Shown here one piece after another: positions 49,514 through 60,516 of a DNA stretch of 64,000 nucleotides. Positions within the stretch are counted from its first letter, which is position 1. Every line of letters starts with the position of its first letter. Location of the stretch: the NCBI GenBank assembly GCA_965222155.1, contig CBDCTH010000012.1, positions 1,280,001-1,344,000 of the forward strand, in the 5' to 3' direction. A program made the position numbers and the translations under genes. Below the pieces are notes generated by a model, which was not told the DNA's origin, ran no database searches, and saw nothing but the letters and a program-made list of their open reading frames with translations. The stretch comes from Gammaproteobacteria bacterium. Lineage in GTDB: Bacteria; Pseudomonadota; Gammaproteobacteria; Eutrophobiales; Eutrophobiaceae.

Positions 49514-51349
49514 ATGACAAACTTCAAGGATAAAGCCAACCTTATCTGGGACGTGGCTGACCTGTTACGTGGTGATTACAAGCAGTCTGATTATGGTAAG
49601 GTCATCCTGCCAATGACGGTGTTACGGCGCTTGGACTGTGTGCTGGCGCCTAGTAAACAAAAAGTCCTTGCCTATCTGCCCAAAGCAGAAAAGTTCTCTG
49701 ACAGCGCCAAAGACCTCACATTGAATAAAATTGCCGGAGCAAACTTCCATAACCGCAGCCCGTTTGATTTTGCCAGGATCGTAGCTGACCCCAACCATGT
49801 TGCGGCCAATCTGCGTAACCACATCAATGGCTATTCGGCTTCGGCTCGGGAGATTATCGAGTATTTCAACTTTGATGATCAGATCGAACGTATGGATGAT
49901 CCCAAGGCCGATATTCTGTTTCAGGTGGTGAAGAAGTTTGCCGAGATTGATCTGGCCGATATGGACTCTATGCAAATGGGTTATGTGTTTGAAGACTTGA
50001 TCCGGCGCTTTGCGGAGCAGTCCAACGAGACAGCCGGAGAGCACTTCACCCCCCGCGAGGTGATCAAACTGATGGTGAACGTGCTGTTCAATGCCGACAG
50101 CGAATCACTGACCCAGGCCGGTATTGTCAAGACTCTCTACGATCCGGCCTGCGGCACCGGCGGCATGCTCTCCATCGGCGAACAACACCTCAAGGAGTTC
50201 AACCCTGACGCAAGACTTGAGGTATTCGGGCAGGAGATCAACCCGGAATCCTACGCCATCTGTAAATCCGACATGCTGATCAAGGGGCAAAACCCTGCCA
50301 ATATCAGGTTCGGCAATACCTTTACGGTAGATGGTCTGCGGGACGAACGGTTTGATTACATGCTCTCCAATCCACCCTTTGGCGTGGATTGGAAAAAAGC
50401 AAAAAAAATCATAGCCGACGAACACGACAACCTGGGTCATGCCGGACGTTTTGGCGCAGGGTTGCCGCGCATTAACGATGGTTCGTTGCTGTTCTTGCAG
50501 CACATGATCAACAAAATGAAACTCCCTCCACGGAATCCGGAAGAATCCGGCGGCAGTCGTATCGGGATTGTCTTTAACGGTTCTCCCCTGTTTACCGGCC
50601 AGGCCGGCAGCGGCGAGAGCAACATCCGCCAATGGATTATCGAAAACGACTGGTTGGAGGCGATTATCGCCCTACCGGATCAACTGTTTTACAATACCGG
50701 CATTTCCACCTATGTCTGGATACTGAACAATCATAAAAGCGCCGAGCGCAAAGGCAAGGTGCAATTGATCAATGCCACCGGCAGCAAGGACGAGGAACTG
50801 ATGCAATCCGGTGAACGCAATTTCAACCGCTTCTGGGAGAAAATGCCGCGCTCACTGGGTAACAAACGCAAACAGGTAGCGGAAAACGGCGAAGTAAAAG
50901 GTATAGGCTTTATCACCAAACTCTATGGGGATTTTGCAGAAAACGAGTTTGTGAAGATTTTGCCGAATGAATTTTTTGGCTACTGGCGCGTGGTGGTTGA
51001 GCGACCGCAAAAAGATGAAAACGACGCTGTCGTCACCGTGCGTGAAGGCTCACCCAAAGCGAATGCCAGCCTGCGAGACTACGAGAACATTCCGTTTTTG
51101 CGAAAAGACCCGGATGACGCGGATGGAAAATCGATCCCGCAGAGCATTGATGACTATTTCCAGCGCGAGGTCGAACCCCACTTGCCTGATGCCTGGATTG
51201 ACGAGAGCAAGACCAAAACGGGCTACGAGATTAACTTCACCAAATTCTTTTACGAGTTCAAACCCCTGCGCCCACTGGCCGAGATCAAGGCCGATATTCT
51301 GGCCCTGGAAGAAAGCAGCCTGGAACTGGAAAAGAAGGTGCTGCTGTAA
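49514..51349 (+). CDS. hsdM: Type I R-M methyltransferase subunit
   Basis: GEHFTPREV, YDPACGTGGML, NPPFG. Confidence 0.95.
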   Translation: MTNFKDKANLIWDVADLLRGDYKQSDYGKVILPMTVLRRLDCVLAPSKQKVLAYLPKAEKFSDSAKDLTLNKIAGANFHNRSPFDFARIVADPNHVAANLRNHINGYSASAREIIEYFNFDDQIERMDDPKADILFQVVKKFAEIDLADMDSMQMGYVFEDLIRRFAEQSNETAGEHFTPREVIKLMVNVLFNADSESLTQAGIVKTLYDPACGTGGMLSIGEQHLKEFNPDARLEVFGQEINPESYAICKSDMLIKGQNPANIRFGNTFTVDGLRDERFDYMLSNPPFGVDWKKAKKIIADEHDNLGHAGRFGAGLPRINDGSLLFLQHMINKMKLPPRNPEESGGSRIGIVFNGSPLFTGQAGSGESNIRQWIIENDWLEAIIALPDQLFYNTGISTYVWILNNHKSAERKGKVQLINATGSKDEELMQSGERNFNRFWEKMPRSLGNKRKQVAENGEVKGIGFITKLYGDFAENEFVKILPNEFFGYWRVVVERPQKDENDAVVTVREGSPKANASLRDYENIPFLRKDPDDADGKSIPQSIDDYFQREVEPHLPDAWIDESKTKTGYEINFTKFFYEFKPLRPLAEIKADILALEESSLELEKKVLL

Positions 51350-52566
51350 TGGAACGCTACGAAGCGTATAAAGACAGTGGGGTTGAGTGGGTCGGAGAGA
51401 TTCCACAGGAGTGGCGCGTCTCGACAATCGGTCGCATTGGGCAACTTGGAAGGGGGAGAGTTATTAGTAATGTTGAAATTAATGAAAACCCAGGCAACTA
51501 TCCCGTTTATAGTTCACAGACAAAAGATGGTGGAGTTATGGGTTATTTGGGCGTATATGATTTTGAGGGGGAGTATGTCTTGTGGACGACTGACGGAGCA
51601 AACGCGGGAACGGTTACAAGACGTGTTGGGCAGTTTAACTGCACAAATGTTTGTGGAACTTTACAACCTAAGAACTGGAATGAAATAGATCTTAGATTTT
51701 TGCCATATTTTTTGAACCTTGGTACTAGATTTTCAGTTAGGCTAGATATTAACCCAAAATTAATGAACGGTATGATGGCGAAGGTCCCTTTGGTCCTTCC
51801 ACCCAAAGACGAACAAACCGCCATCGCCAACTTTCTTGACCGCAAGACGGCAGAGATTGATGCGCTGATCGCCCAAAAAGAGCGTTTGTTGGAACTGTAC
51901 GAGGAAGAAAAAACCGTCATTATCAACCACGCCGTCACCAAAGGCCTCGACCCCAACGCGGAACTCAAAGACAGTGGGGTAGAGTGGCTAAGCAAAATTC
52001 CCGTTGGATGGGAGGTTAAGAAGCTAAAGTATACGGCATATCTAAAAAGCGGGAATAATTTAACTTCTGATCAAATTAAAGAAGACGGGGTATATCCAGT
52101 GTATGGAGGAAATGGACTTCGTGGCTATTACCATGGATTTACCCACGAGGGTGAATTCGTTTTAATAGGTCGCCAAGGTGCTCTTTGCGGAAATATTAAT
52201 TACCCAACTAATAAGTTTTGGGCTACTGAGCATGCTGTTGTAGTTGAACCACTATCAGAGTACAAATTTGTATGGATGGGTGAATTATTACGCATTATGA
52301 ATCTGAATCAGTACTCCGTTGCTGCCGCGCAGCCAGGACTTTCGGTTGAGGCGATTTGTAATCTATTCATTCCGTGGCTTTTACTAGAAGAACAGGAATC
52401 CATTGTCGAATACATCGAAGCTGAAACCGCCCGCATCGACGCCAAAATCGCCAAAACCCAGCGCATCATTGAACTTCAAAAGGAATACAGAACCGCGTTG
52501 ATTTCCGAGGTGGTCACAGGCAAGATTAAAGTACCGGAATCATCAACCCAGGAGGCATCCGCATGA
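51349..52566 (+). CDS. hsdS: Type I R-M specificity subunit
   Basis: Two KDSGVEW..IP..W repeats and two AT-richer target recognition domains. Confidence 0.93.
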   Translation: MERYEAYKDSGVEWVGEIPQEWRVSTIGRIGQLGRGRVISNVEINENPGNYPVYSSQTKDGGVMGYLGVYDFEGEYVLWTTDGANAGTVTRRVGQFNCTNVCGTLQPKNWNEIDLRFLPYFLNLGTRFSVRLDINPKLMNGMMAKVPLVLPPKDEQTAIANFLDRKTAEIDALIAQKERLLELYEEEKTVIINHAVTKGLDPNAELKDSGVEWLSKIPVGWEVKKLKYTAYLKSGNNLTSDQIKEDGVYPVYGGNGLRGYYHGFTHEGEFVLIGRQGALCGNINYPTNKFWATEHAVVVEPLSEYKFVWMGELLRIMNLNQYSVAAAQPGLSVEAICNLFIPWLLLEEQESIVEYIEAETARIDAKIAKTQRIIELQKEYRTALISEVVTGKIKVPESSTQEASA

Positions 52567-54245
52567 GCGATTTTATGCTAATGGAACCTGCCAACCAGAC
52601 TTTTTCCGAGCTGTTAAGTAACGGAGTTAAGTATACTGTGCCGCGCTTCCAGCGGGATTACTCGTGGGAGCAGGAACAGTGGGAAGACTTATGGGTGGAT
52701 ATCGAAGGTCTGGACAAGGAAGGCTTTCACTATATGGGCTATATCGTATTACAACGTAAAAACCAGCAGGATTTTGAAGTGATAGATGGTCAACAACGCC
52801 TGGTTACACTTTCTTTGTTGGTGTTGGCTACGATGCAACATATCCAGCGTTTAATCGACAACAATGAAGACGCTGATAACAATCAGGAACGCTTGCAAGA
52901 AATTACCGGACGCTATATTGGTTCGAAAGATATCGTTTCATTAAGAGTGAGCAGCAGGCTGACGCTAAATCGCAATAATGGACGTTTCTACAAAGATATC
53001 TGTTCCAACCTGCGCCCGCCCCTGGGCCGAGGCATTACCGCAACCAACAACCTGCTGAGACGGGCATTCAAATTTTTCTGCGATAAAAACGTAGGGAACA
53101 GTGGCGAGGAAATCGGTGAGTTTATTAACAGGTTTTCATCCAGGTTGATTTTTACAAAAATCGTAGTGCAAGACAGCCTGAATGCTTACAAGGTATTTGA
53201 AACCTTAAATGCCAGGGGAGTACAGCTTTCCACACCTGACCTGTTGAAAAACTATATTTTTTCGGTGGTCACCCAAAATGATGACGTGCCCGATGAAACG
53301 CTGGATGAACTTGATGAAACATGGTCAGGCATCCTGACCCAACTGGGCGAAAACGATTTCACTGATTTTGTCCGTTACCAGCATAATTCTCATCGACCCC
53401 TGGTAAGCAAGAAGGAGTTGTTTAAATCAGTCAGACAGCTTTACATCACCCCTGCACAGGCGCATGGCTATCTGAGCTCATTAACGGAGGCGGTTCCCGT
53501 CTATGCGTCTTTATCCAACCCCTATGATGAGTGGTGGCAACAAGAAGACGGTCAATACCGGGATGCCGTTCATTTCCTGGATGGCTTGAAGCTGTTTGGT
53601 ATCCGGCAGCCCTATACGATATTAATGGCGGCATTTCTTCGGAATTTCTCGCCGGAAGAGTTTATTAAAACGCTGAAATATCTTTATGTCCTGTCAATTC
53701 GTTACAACGTGATTTGCAGTTATTCGCCAAGCGAACAGGAAAAACGTTATAACAGCATAGCCATAAGGATAGCCGAGGGGGAATTTCAGCGCGCCAGCCA
53801 CATTAAGAACAGCCCTGATTACCAGGCGCTTTACCCTGCTGATGAGGTGTTTAAAAATGCCTTTGAATACTACAAAATGCCAAGCCGCCGCTCATCCAAA
53901 AAAATCCGTTTTTTGTTGGCGGAGATAGAGAATAACGCAGGGCGTAACGTGAGATACCTGGATACGACGCTTGAGCATGTCTGTCCTTACAATCCGGACC
54001 AGGAGTGGTATCAGCATTTTGGTGAGGGCGCCAATGACATTGCTGACCGGCTGGGCAATATGGTGTTGCTTGAACAGGATGACCTGAAACAGGCTGACTT
54101 TGCTACCAAGAAAGCGCACTACCTGAATACGTCTTTCAGGCTGGCCAAAAAAGTGGCTGAATATGATCACTGGGACCTGGCAAACCTGAACCATTATCAA
54201 TCCTGGCTTGCTGATCAGGCGGTAAGAACTTGGCGGGTTGATTAA
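52563..54245 (+). CDS. DUF262 + DUF1524 (GmrSD-like) protein
   Basis: VPRFQRDYSW, IDGQQRL, FETLNARG, LEHVCP...LGN. Confidence 0.87.
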   Translation: MSDFMLMEPANQTFSELLSNGVKYTVPRFQRDYSWEQEQWEDLWVDIEGLDKEGFHYMGYIVLQRKNQQDFEVIDGQQRLVTLSLLVLATMQHIQRLIDNNEDADNNQERLQEITGRYIGSKDIVSLRVSSRLTLNRNNGRFYKDICSNLRPPLGRGITATNNLLRRAFKFFCDKNVGNSGEEIGEFINRFSSRLIFTKIVVQDSLNAYKVFETLNARGVQLSTPDLLKNYIFSVVTQNDDVPDETLDELDETWSGILTQLGENDFTDFVRYQHNSHRPLVSKKELFKSVRQLYITPAQAHGYLSSLTEAVPVYASLSNPYDEWWQQEDGQYRDAVHFLDGLKLFGIRQPYTILMAAFLRNFSPEEFIKTLKYLYVLSIRYNVICSYSPSEQEKRYNSIAIRIAEGEFQRASHIKNSPDYQALYPADEVFKNAFEYYKMPSRRSSKKIRFLLAEIENNAGRNVRYLDTTLEHVCPYNPDQEWYQHFGEGANDIADRLGNMVLLEQDDLKQADFATKKAHYLNTSFRLAKKVAEYDHWDLANLNHYQSWLADQAVRTWRVD

Positions 54246-57200
54246 TGGACGCCACGTCCGAAAACACCTTTGAAACCGCTATAATTGAAAGCCTGGTAAC
54301 TTCCGGGGGTTATGTCGAAGGCGAAGCCGGCGCTTACAGCCCGGAGCTGGGCATGTTCAAGACAGAGGTGTTGCAGTTCTTACAGACGACCCAGACCAGA
54401 CAGTGGGACAAGCTGGCGGCGATTCATGGCGAGGATGTATCCAACCGCGTCATCGCGCGGCTGTATAAAGAGATGGATTTGCGCGGGGCGCTGGACGTGG
54501 TCCGCAATGGTTTTGTCGATTACGGTGTGCGTTTCAAGATGGCTTTTTTCAAGCCGGAATCGGGCTTGAACCCGGATACGCTGACGCTGTATGAGCAGAA
54601 CCGGCTCAAGGTGGTTCGGCAGGTATATTTCAGTCAGAAAAACGGGAAGTCGATTGATTTAGTTTTGTCGCTGAATGGTTTGCCGGTGGCAACGCTGGAG
54701 TTGAAGAATCGCTTTACAGGGCAAAGGGCAGCCGATGCCAAAAAACAGTACGCCGACACCCGCGATAATAAAGAGTTATTGTTTGCCTTCAAAAAACGCG
54801 CCCTGGTACATTTTGCAGTGGATGATGAAGCCGTCTTTATGGCCACGCGCATTGACGGCAGCAAAACTTATTGGTTGCCGTTTAACAAAGGCCATCGTCA
54901 TGGCGCGGGTAATGCGCCTAACCCGGCAGGTTATCGTAGCGATTACTTATGGCGCGACGTTCTCACTAAAGATAGCTGGTTGGAAATCATCGGACGCTTT
55001 ATCCACTTGCAAGTGGAAGAGTTTAAGATTGAAGGGCGTCTCCGCAAAAAAGAGAACCTGATTTTCCCGCGTTACCACCAGTTGGATGTCGTGCGGAAAA
55101 TTACTCGTCATGCGCAAGAGCATGGCGCGGGGAGCAACTACCTGGTCCAGCACTCAGCCGGTTCCGGCAAAAGCAATTCCATCGCCTGGCTCTCTTATCG
55201 CTTATCCGGGCTGCACAATGCCGATAATCAGCGGATTTTTGACGGTGTAATAGTGGTGACAGACCGGCGGGTGCTGGATTCCCAACTGCAAGATACCATC
55301 TACCAGTTTGAACATAAATCAGGCGTAGTGCAACGCATTGACAAAGACTCACAGCAATTGGCCGATGCCATTAGCGGCGGGGCAAATATCATTATTACGA
55401 CGCTACAGAAATTCTCCTTTATCGTTGAAAAGGTAGGCGATCTTCCGGACCGCAACTATGCGGTGATCATTGATGAGGCCCATAGCTCACAAGGCGGCGA
55501 GGCCAGTAAAAAGATGAAGCAGGTGTTGGGTAATGCCAATGCGTCAGAAGAGCATGACGATGGTTCATCGGAAGCGCAAGAACCGTATCCGGGATACGCT
55601 GAGGAGGATGAAGACGAGGAGATAGATTCCCAGGATATGGTCAGTGACTATATTGAACAATCCGCCGCCAGTCGCGGGCCGCAGTCCAACTTGTCCTTTT
55701 TTGCCTTTACTGCGACACCAAAATACAAAACGCTGGCGGTGTTCGGTTACCAGGATGCCCAGGGAAAGCCGCAACCGTTCCACCTCTACTCAATGCGGCA
55801 GGCGATTGAAGAAGGCTTTATCCTGGATGTATTGCAGAATTACACCACCTATCAACTCTTTTTCAATCTGTGCAAGGCAATAGAAGACGACCCCCAGCTT
55901 AACAAGAAGAAAGCCGTACAGGCGATGGGGCGTTTTATCTCGCTGCATCCGCATAACCTGGCTCAGAAGACAAAAATCATCGTCGAACATTTTCGGCAGG
56001 TAGTCGCCGGCAAGATTGGTGGAAAAGCCAAGGCAATGCTGGTAACCGGTTCACGCCTTCACGCAAAACGTTACTTTGAAGAGCTTAAAAGCTACATCAA
56101 CGAAAATGGCTACGAAAAACACATCAAAATTCTGGTGGCCTTTTCCGGCAAGGTGGCGGATGACAACTTTCCGGAAGGCGTTACGGAACCGCAGTTGACG
56201 GGCTATGGTGAAAAAGAACTGCCACAGAAATTTGCTGAAGATGATTACAAAATTCTGATTGCCGCGGATAAATTCCAGACCGGTTTTGACCAGCCTTTAC
56301 TGCACACCATGTACGTGGACAAACCATTGTCTGGTGTCAGGGCGGTACAAACCCTGTCACGCCTGAACCGAACAGCGCCGGGAAAAGAGGACACTTTTAT
56401 TCTGGATTTCGTAAACGACAGGCAGACGATTCTGGACTCGTTCCAGCCTTATTATGAAATAACCACCGTCACCGATGAACCGGAGCCCAACCACCTGTAT
56501 GACCTGAAAAGCAAACTTGACGAGCAACAAATTTACCTGGATGCGGAGGTCGACGCGCTGGCCAGGGTGTACTTCAATCCGACGACACGAATGACCGCAC
56601 GCGCACAGGCCCAGTTGTACCGCCATATCGACCCGGCGGTGGATCGTTACAAAAATATTGATACGGAAGAGGAAAAGGAAGCGTTCAAAAAGAGTTTGCG
56701 TACCTGGACCAATTTGTATGCCTTTATGGCACAGATCATGCCCTTTCGTGAAGTTGAGTTTGAGAAGTTCTATGCCTATGCAAAATTGCTTCTGACCAAG
56801 CTGCCGAAGCGCGATTTATCGGAAAGCATGAAGCTGACTGATGAGGTAGCCCTGGAATACTATCGCCTGCAAAAAATCAAAGAGGGCTCTATCGACCTGG
56901 TAACTGGCGAAGATGGCGAACTGGATGGTTTGACAGAAGCCGGCATCAAACGCGGCAAAGAAGATAAAGCGGCCTTATCGGAAATCATCTATGTATTAAA
57001 TGACCGTTTCGGCACCGAGTTTGAGGAAGCCGACCGGCTTTTCTTTGAGCAAATAGAAACGGAGTTAATGCAAGATACCACGCTACAGACTCAAGCCAGG
57101 GTCAATAAACTGGATACCTTCAAATACGCATTTGAAGAAATGTTCATCGATAAGCTGATTGACAGAATGGATCAGAATCAAGAGATCTTCGAAAAGATTA

Positions 57201-57283
57201 TTGAAGACCAATCGTTTGGTGAGCTTGTGAGGGAACTGATGATGAAAAAAATATTTGATCAATTAAATGCCGAGGTGGAATGA
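54245..57283 (+). CDS. hsdR: Type I R-M restriction subunit
   Basis: ELKN nuclease motif, HSAGSGKS, DEAHSSQ, FTATP, TGFDQP. Confidence 0.95.
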   Translation: MDATSENTFETAIIESLVTSGGYVEGEAGAYSPELGMFKTEVLQFLQTTQTRQWDKLAAIHGEDVSNRVIARLYKEMDLRGALDVVRNGFVDYGVRFKMAFFKPESGLNPDTLTLYEQNRLKVVRQVYFSQKNGKSIDLVLSLNGLPVATLELKNRFTGQRAADAKKQYADTRDNKELLFAFKKRALVHFAVDDEAVFMATRIDGSKTYWLPFNKGHRHGAGNAPNPAGYRSDYLWRDVLTKDSWLEIIGRFIHLQVEEFKIEGRLRKKENLIFPRYHQLDVVRKITRHAQEHGAGSNYLVQHSAGSGKSNSIAWLSYRLSGLHNADNQRIFDGVIVVTDRRVLDSQLQDTIYQFEHKSGVVQRIDKDSQQLADAISGGANIIITTLQKFSFIVEKVGDLPDRNYAVIIDEAHSSQGGEASKKMKQVLGNANASEEHDDGSSEAQEPYPGYAEEDEDEEIDSQDMVSDYIEQSAASRGPQSNLSFFAFTATPKYKTLAVFGYQDAQGKPQPFHLYSMRQAIEEGFILDVLQNYTTYQLFFNLCKAIEDDPQLNKKKAVQAMGRFISLHPHNLAQKTKIIVEHFRQVVAGKIGGKAKAMLVTGSRLHAKRYFEELKSYINENGYEKHIKILVAFSGKVADDNFPEGVTEPQLTGYGEKELPQKFAEDDYKILIAADKFQTGFDQPLLHTMYVDKPLSGVRAVQTLSRLNRTAPGKEDTFILDFVNDRQTILDSFQPYYEITTVTDEPEPNHLYDLKSKLDEQQIYLDAEVDALARVYFNPTTRMTARAQAQLYRHIDPAVDRYKNIDTEEEKEAFKKSLRTWTNLYAFMAQIMPFREVEFEKFYAYAKLLLTKLPKRDLSESMKLTDEVALEYYRLQKIKEGSIDLVTGEDGELDGLTEAGIKRGKEDKAALSEIIYVLNDRFGTEFEEADRLFFEQIETELMQDTTLQTQARVNKLDTFKYAFEEMFIDKLIDRMDQNQEIFEKIIEDQSFGELVRELMMKKIFDQLNAEVE

Positions 57284-57501
57284 GATGAGGCAATCGGGCA
57301 ATTTTTCTGTTGCGCTCTAACATTGCTGATGAGTCCGGCGTTTGAGGGCTAAGGGAGAATTGTGACGAAATCATTGTTACTGGTTGCTATAGGAGTTGCC
57401 ATTGGTGGAAGGGCGGGAAAGTCTGTTCGTCGGATAGCTGGAAGATCAAACGAAGAAGAATAACTAAAGGCATCCCTGGATAGAGGCGAGACGCTTCAGC
57501 C

Positions 57502-57785
57502 ATGAAGAAGACTGGCACAGCATTTGAACTCAGCGCCACCGATCTTGTCGGCTATCTGAATTGCCGACATTTATCCGACCTTGACCGCGCTGTGGCCGTA
57601 GAGGCGCTCGCCAAACCAAAGGTATGGGACCAGCTTCTCCAGGTTCTATGGGAACGCGGTTCCATTCATGAACAGAATTATGTCACCCATCTGGAGCGGT
57701 CCGGTCTGGAAGTTGTGCGCATTGATAGTGTCGATATCACGGAAGAAGCAGTGAAAGAAACGCTTACGGCAATGAAGCAAGGTGC
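57502..57785 (+). pseudogene. TM0106-family RecB-like nuclease, N-terminal fragment truncated by MITE
   Basis: LSATDLVGYLNCRHL...L.ERG..HE; sequence switches to the MITE at 57786. Confidence 0.65.
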
Positions 57786-58147
57786 CAGGATAGGGTCGGA
57801 CCTGCCTAACTACTTGTTCCAGTTCAGTTTATGTGCCATATACGCCTATTATTTCTCCTTAAAACCCCCTTTTTGCCATCAAAATAAAGGTGGTAACATC
57901 CCCATGCCAGTTTGATGACATTACTCTCCTGATTCGCTGTGGTCTGCTTGTGCAACGTCTGATACTTCCTCCTTAAAGTCCTTTTGTGGCGTATGAAAAT
58001 CGCTGTTTAAGCCTATTGAAAGCACGTCTTTTGTAACAGTTTCCCTTTATTATCAGTAGGCTCTGTCAGGCTGGACTGGTCTGTTTCCCTTTATTATCAG
58101 TAGGCTCTGTCAGGCTGGACTGGTCTCCCTATACTGTTCCTATACTG
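57786..58147 (+). repeat. MITE-like repeat copy E
   Basis: CAGGATAGGGTCGGACC start; body matches copy B; duplicated right part. Confidence 0.78.
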
Positions 58148-58164
58148 GTTGTTTAACTTTACCG

Positions 58165-59049
58165 TTATTCAGAGATTTCAATTACCTGTTTCTTTAAATA
58201 TAAATACAAAGCGCTATGGTCGAGTTCACTGAATGAATGTTCACACATGCCCTCATACAATTTCGTTATGACCGATAAAAGAGGTAATTGAATACCACAA
58301 TCCAGCGCAAGCTCATTTGCAGCGATAAGATCTTTTAACTGCGATTTTGCATGCCCTCCAGGATTATAATCATGATTTACCATTCTCAACCCATGTTGTC
58401 GAAGTATGGATGAATCCGCAAACCCACCAAATAGTGCAGTACGGACTACAGAAGCATTTGCGCCACTTTTTTCCGCCAGAATTAATGCCTCTGATACAGC
58501 TCCGATCGTAATGCCAACAATAAGTTGATTGGCTGTTTTAGCAATCTGACCGCACCCTGTCGGACCTATATGGGTTAGTGTGCCCATTGCTTCGAATACA
58601 GGGCGTGCGTATTCAATATCCTCCTTAAAACCTCCTGCCATAATTGTCAATTTCCCTTCAGCGGCACCGTGCTCTCCCCCTGAAACAGGCGCATCAATAT
58701 ACCTTGTCTTCCATCGCTTCAACCTTTCAGATTGTAATCTCGCACTGGTGACGGGTATAGAACTCATAACAACTACAAGATGATCCTGCCCTAAAGATAA
58801 AGGATTGACGTCAACATCTGTGCCAAATAACAAGGAATCACAAACGGTAGCATTAGAAACCATTAAGATGACAACACTAGATTCTTTCACTGCTTGTTCC
58901 GGAGATGTACATACATGAGCACCATATTTTTCCAACTGGCTGGCTTTTTCCGGGGTCCTGTTCCACACATGAACGGAGTGTCTGGCTTTGCAGAGATTAC
59001 GGGCCATGTGTCCGCCCATTATCCCCGTGCCAATAACTGAAATATTCAT
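58165..59049 (-). CDS. NAD(P)-dependent 3-hydroxyisobutyrate/tartronate semialdehyde reductase family
   Basis: GTGIMG Rossmann motif, DAPVSGG, K.ANQ. Confidence 0.9.
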   Translation of the reverse strand: MNISVIGTGIMGGHMARNLCKARHSVHVWNRTPEKASQLEKYGAHVCTSPEQAVKESSVVILMVSNATVCDSLLFGTDVDVNPLSLGQDHLVVVMSSIPVTSARLQSERLKRWKTRYIDAPVSGGEHGAAEGKLTIMAGGFKEDIEYARPVFEAMGTLTHIGPTGCGQIAKTANQLIVGITIGAVSEALILAEKSGANASVVRTALFGGFADSSILRQHGLRMVNHDYNPGGHAKSQLKDLIAANELALDCGIQLPLLSVITKLYEGMCEHSFSELDHSALYLYLKKQVIEISE

Positions 59050-59123
59050 AAAATATAATAAGAGAATCTCTGATTAAGTCTCCATAATATGAGATCATAG
59101 ACAAAAGTAAACCATGAGGGCCA

Positions 59124-59227
59124 CAGGATAGGATCGAACCTGCCTAACTACTTGTTCCGGTTCAGTTTATGTACCATATACGCCTGTTATTTCTCCTTAA
59201 AACCCCCTTTTTGCTATCAACATCAAA
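59124..59227 (+). repeat. MITE-like repeat copy F (left third, diverged)
   Basis: CAGGATAGGATCGAACCTGCCTAACTACTTGTTCC... Confidence 0.65.
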
Positions 59228-59240
59228 AGAATATCGCGTT

Positions 59241-60197
59241 TTACGCGACGTAGTAGCTTCCGGCCAATGCCAGGATGACACTGACAATCAGACCTGCTAA
59301 AGCCTTGAACGCATCAAGGCCGATCAGTTTAGCCGCATCTTTGAGACTACGGTTCCCCAGTTGTATCGTCATGGCAATCTCCCGTCCCGCAAGCAGGCCC
59401 AGGAACACCCATGTCGTGCTCATCGGCATGTGGCTCCATTCCTTGAAGACCAGGAGTATCAAGCCGTAGACGAAGTCAACGATGGTGGCCGAACGAACGT
59501 CGCCGGTCATCGTTTTTCTGGTAACTATTTGCTGGATGTGGCCGCCGCGTTGATAATAAATGTAGCCCTGCATCAACAACAGCAACACGATTGAAGCGAC
59601 CAGCCAGCCAAAATCAATCTGGCGCGGCGCGAAAACGTATATATTTGCCAAATCCTGGATTAACCACTGGCTCCAAAGAAAGGCTGTAGACGTCCATTGC
59701 AACACGACCCAGTGGAATGCGGTTGCTTCCCTGGATGTCGCGGTGCCATTCAGGTAAATGGTCAGTTTCCGTATGGCCCAATAGAGGAGGATCGCAACGA
59801 TGAAGGCGACGAAGTAGCCGGATAGCGACTTGACCAGCATAGCTTGAATGTTGCCCGGCGCGAAAACGCTCAGAATCAGGAAAGTCGTACTGACCGGGAC
59901 CCCGAAACGGGTCAGCATGAGGAGTGTTAATGGCGCCAGGACATGCAGCCAGTTCACGCCTCCTTCCGGTGTGGGAAAAGCTGTCAGACGACCGTAAGCT
60001 ACATCGCCGCTATTGACAATCCATCCGTACACCAGGACCGCAACGAGGATACTGCTGGAGAAGAGCCAGAGGGCCCACCAGGGGCGTTGCCTATTGGAGG
60101 CAAGGAAAGTGCCCAGCGTCTGGATCGAATCGTTGGACACTACCGAAAAAGCTGCCAGGGCAAAGCCCAGAATCATCAGTATCTCTGCAAGTGGCAT
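59241..60197 (-). CDS. Polytopic membrane protein, possibly PiT-like transporter
   Basis: About 9 TM segments; SNDSIQTLGTF, PVSTT, QDLAN and PMSTT duplicated motifs. Confidence 0.65.
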   Translation of the reverse strand: MPLAEILMILGFALAAFSVVSNDSIQTLGTFLASNRQRPWWALWLFSSSILVAVLVYGWIVNSGDVAYGRLTAFPTPEGGVNWLHVLAPLTLLMLTRFGVPVSTTFLILSVFAPGNIQAMLVKSLSGYFVAFIVAILLYWAIRKLTIYLNGTATSREATAFHWVVLQWTSTAFLWSQWLIQDLANIYVFAPRQIDFGWLVASIVLLLLMQGYIYYQRGGHIQQIVTRKTMTGDVRSATIVDFVYGLILLVFKEWSHMPMSTTWVFLGLLAGREIAMTIQLGNRSLKDAAKLIGLDAFKALAGLIVSVILALAGSYYVA

Positions 60198-60516
60198 CGT
60201 ATCGTCCCAGGGTTAGCCCGGATAATGCACCGGATTATTTGTCATAAATGGAAAGTTACTTAGTTACTCAGGCATCCTGCCGTCAAAAAATGTGAGCATA
60301 ATACCAGTAAAACTACTACATACTACAGTAACAACAGCCGGCTCAAGTCCACCACCTGGCGGAGACAGTGATCCTGGTCCTGATTTTCAACCATAGGAAA
60401 TAAATAATGGCACTACATAACGCGTCTGGAATCGCCACGTTTGGCTACCGGGGCGCTCCCGGCGAATTGCAGCAGAAACTCGACACCGCAAAGGTCGAGG
60501 TCCTGCGGGGGGTCGC

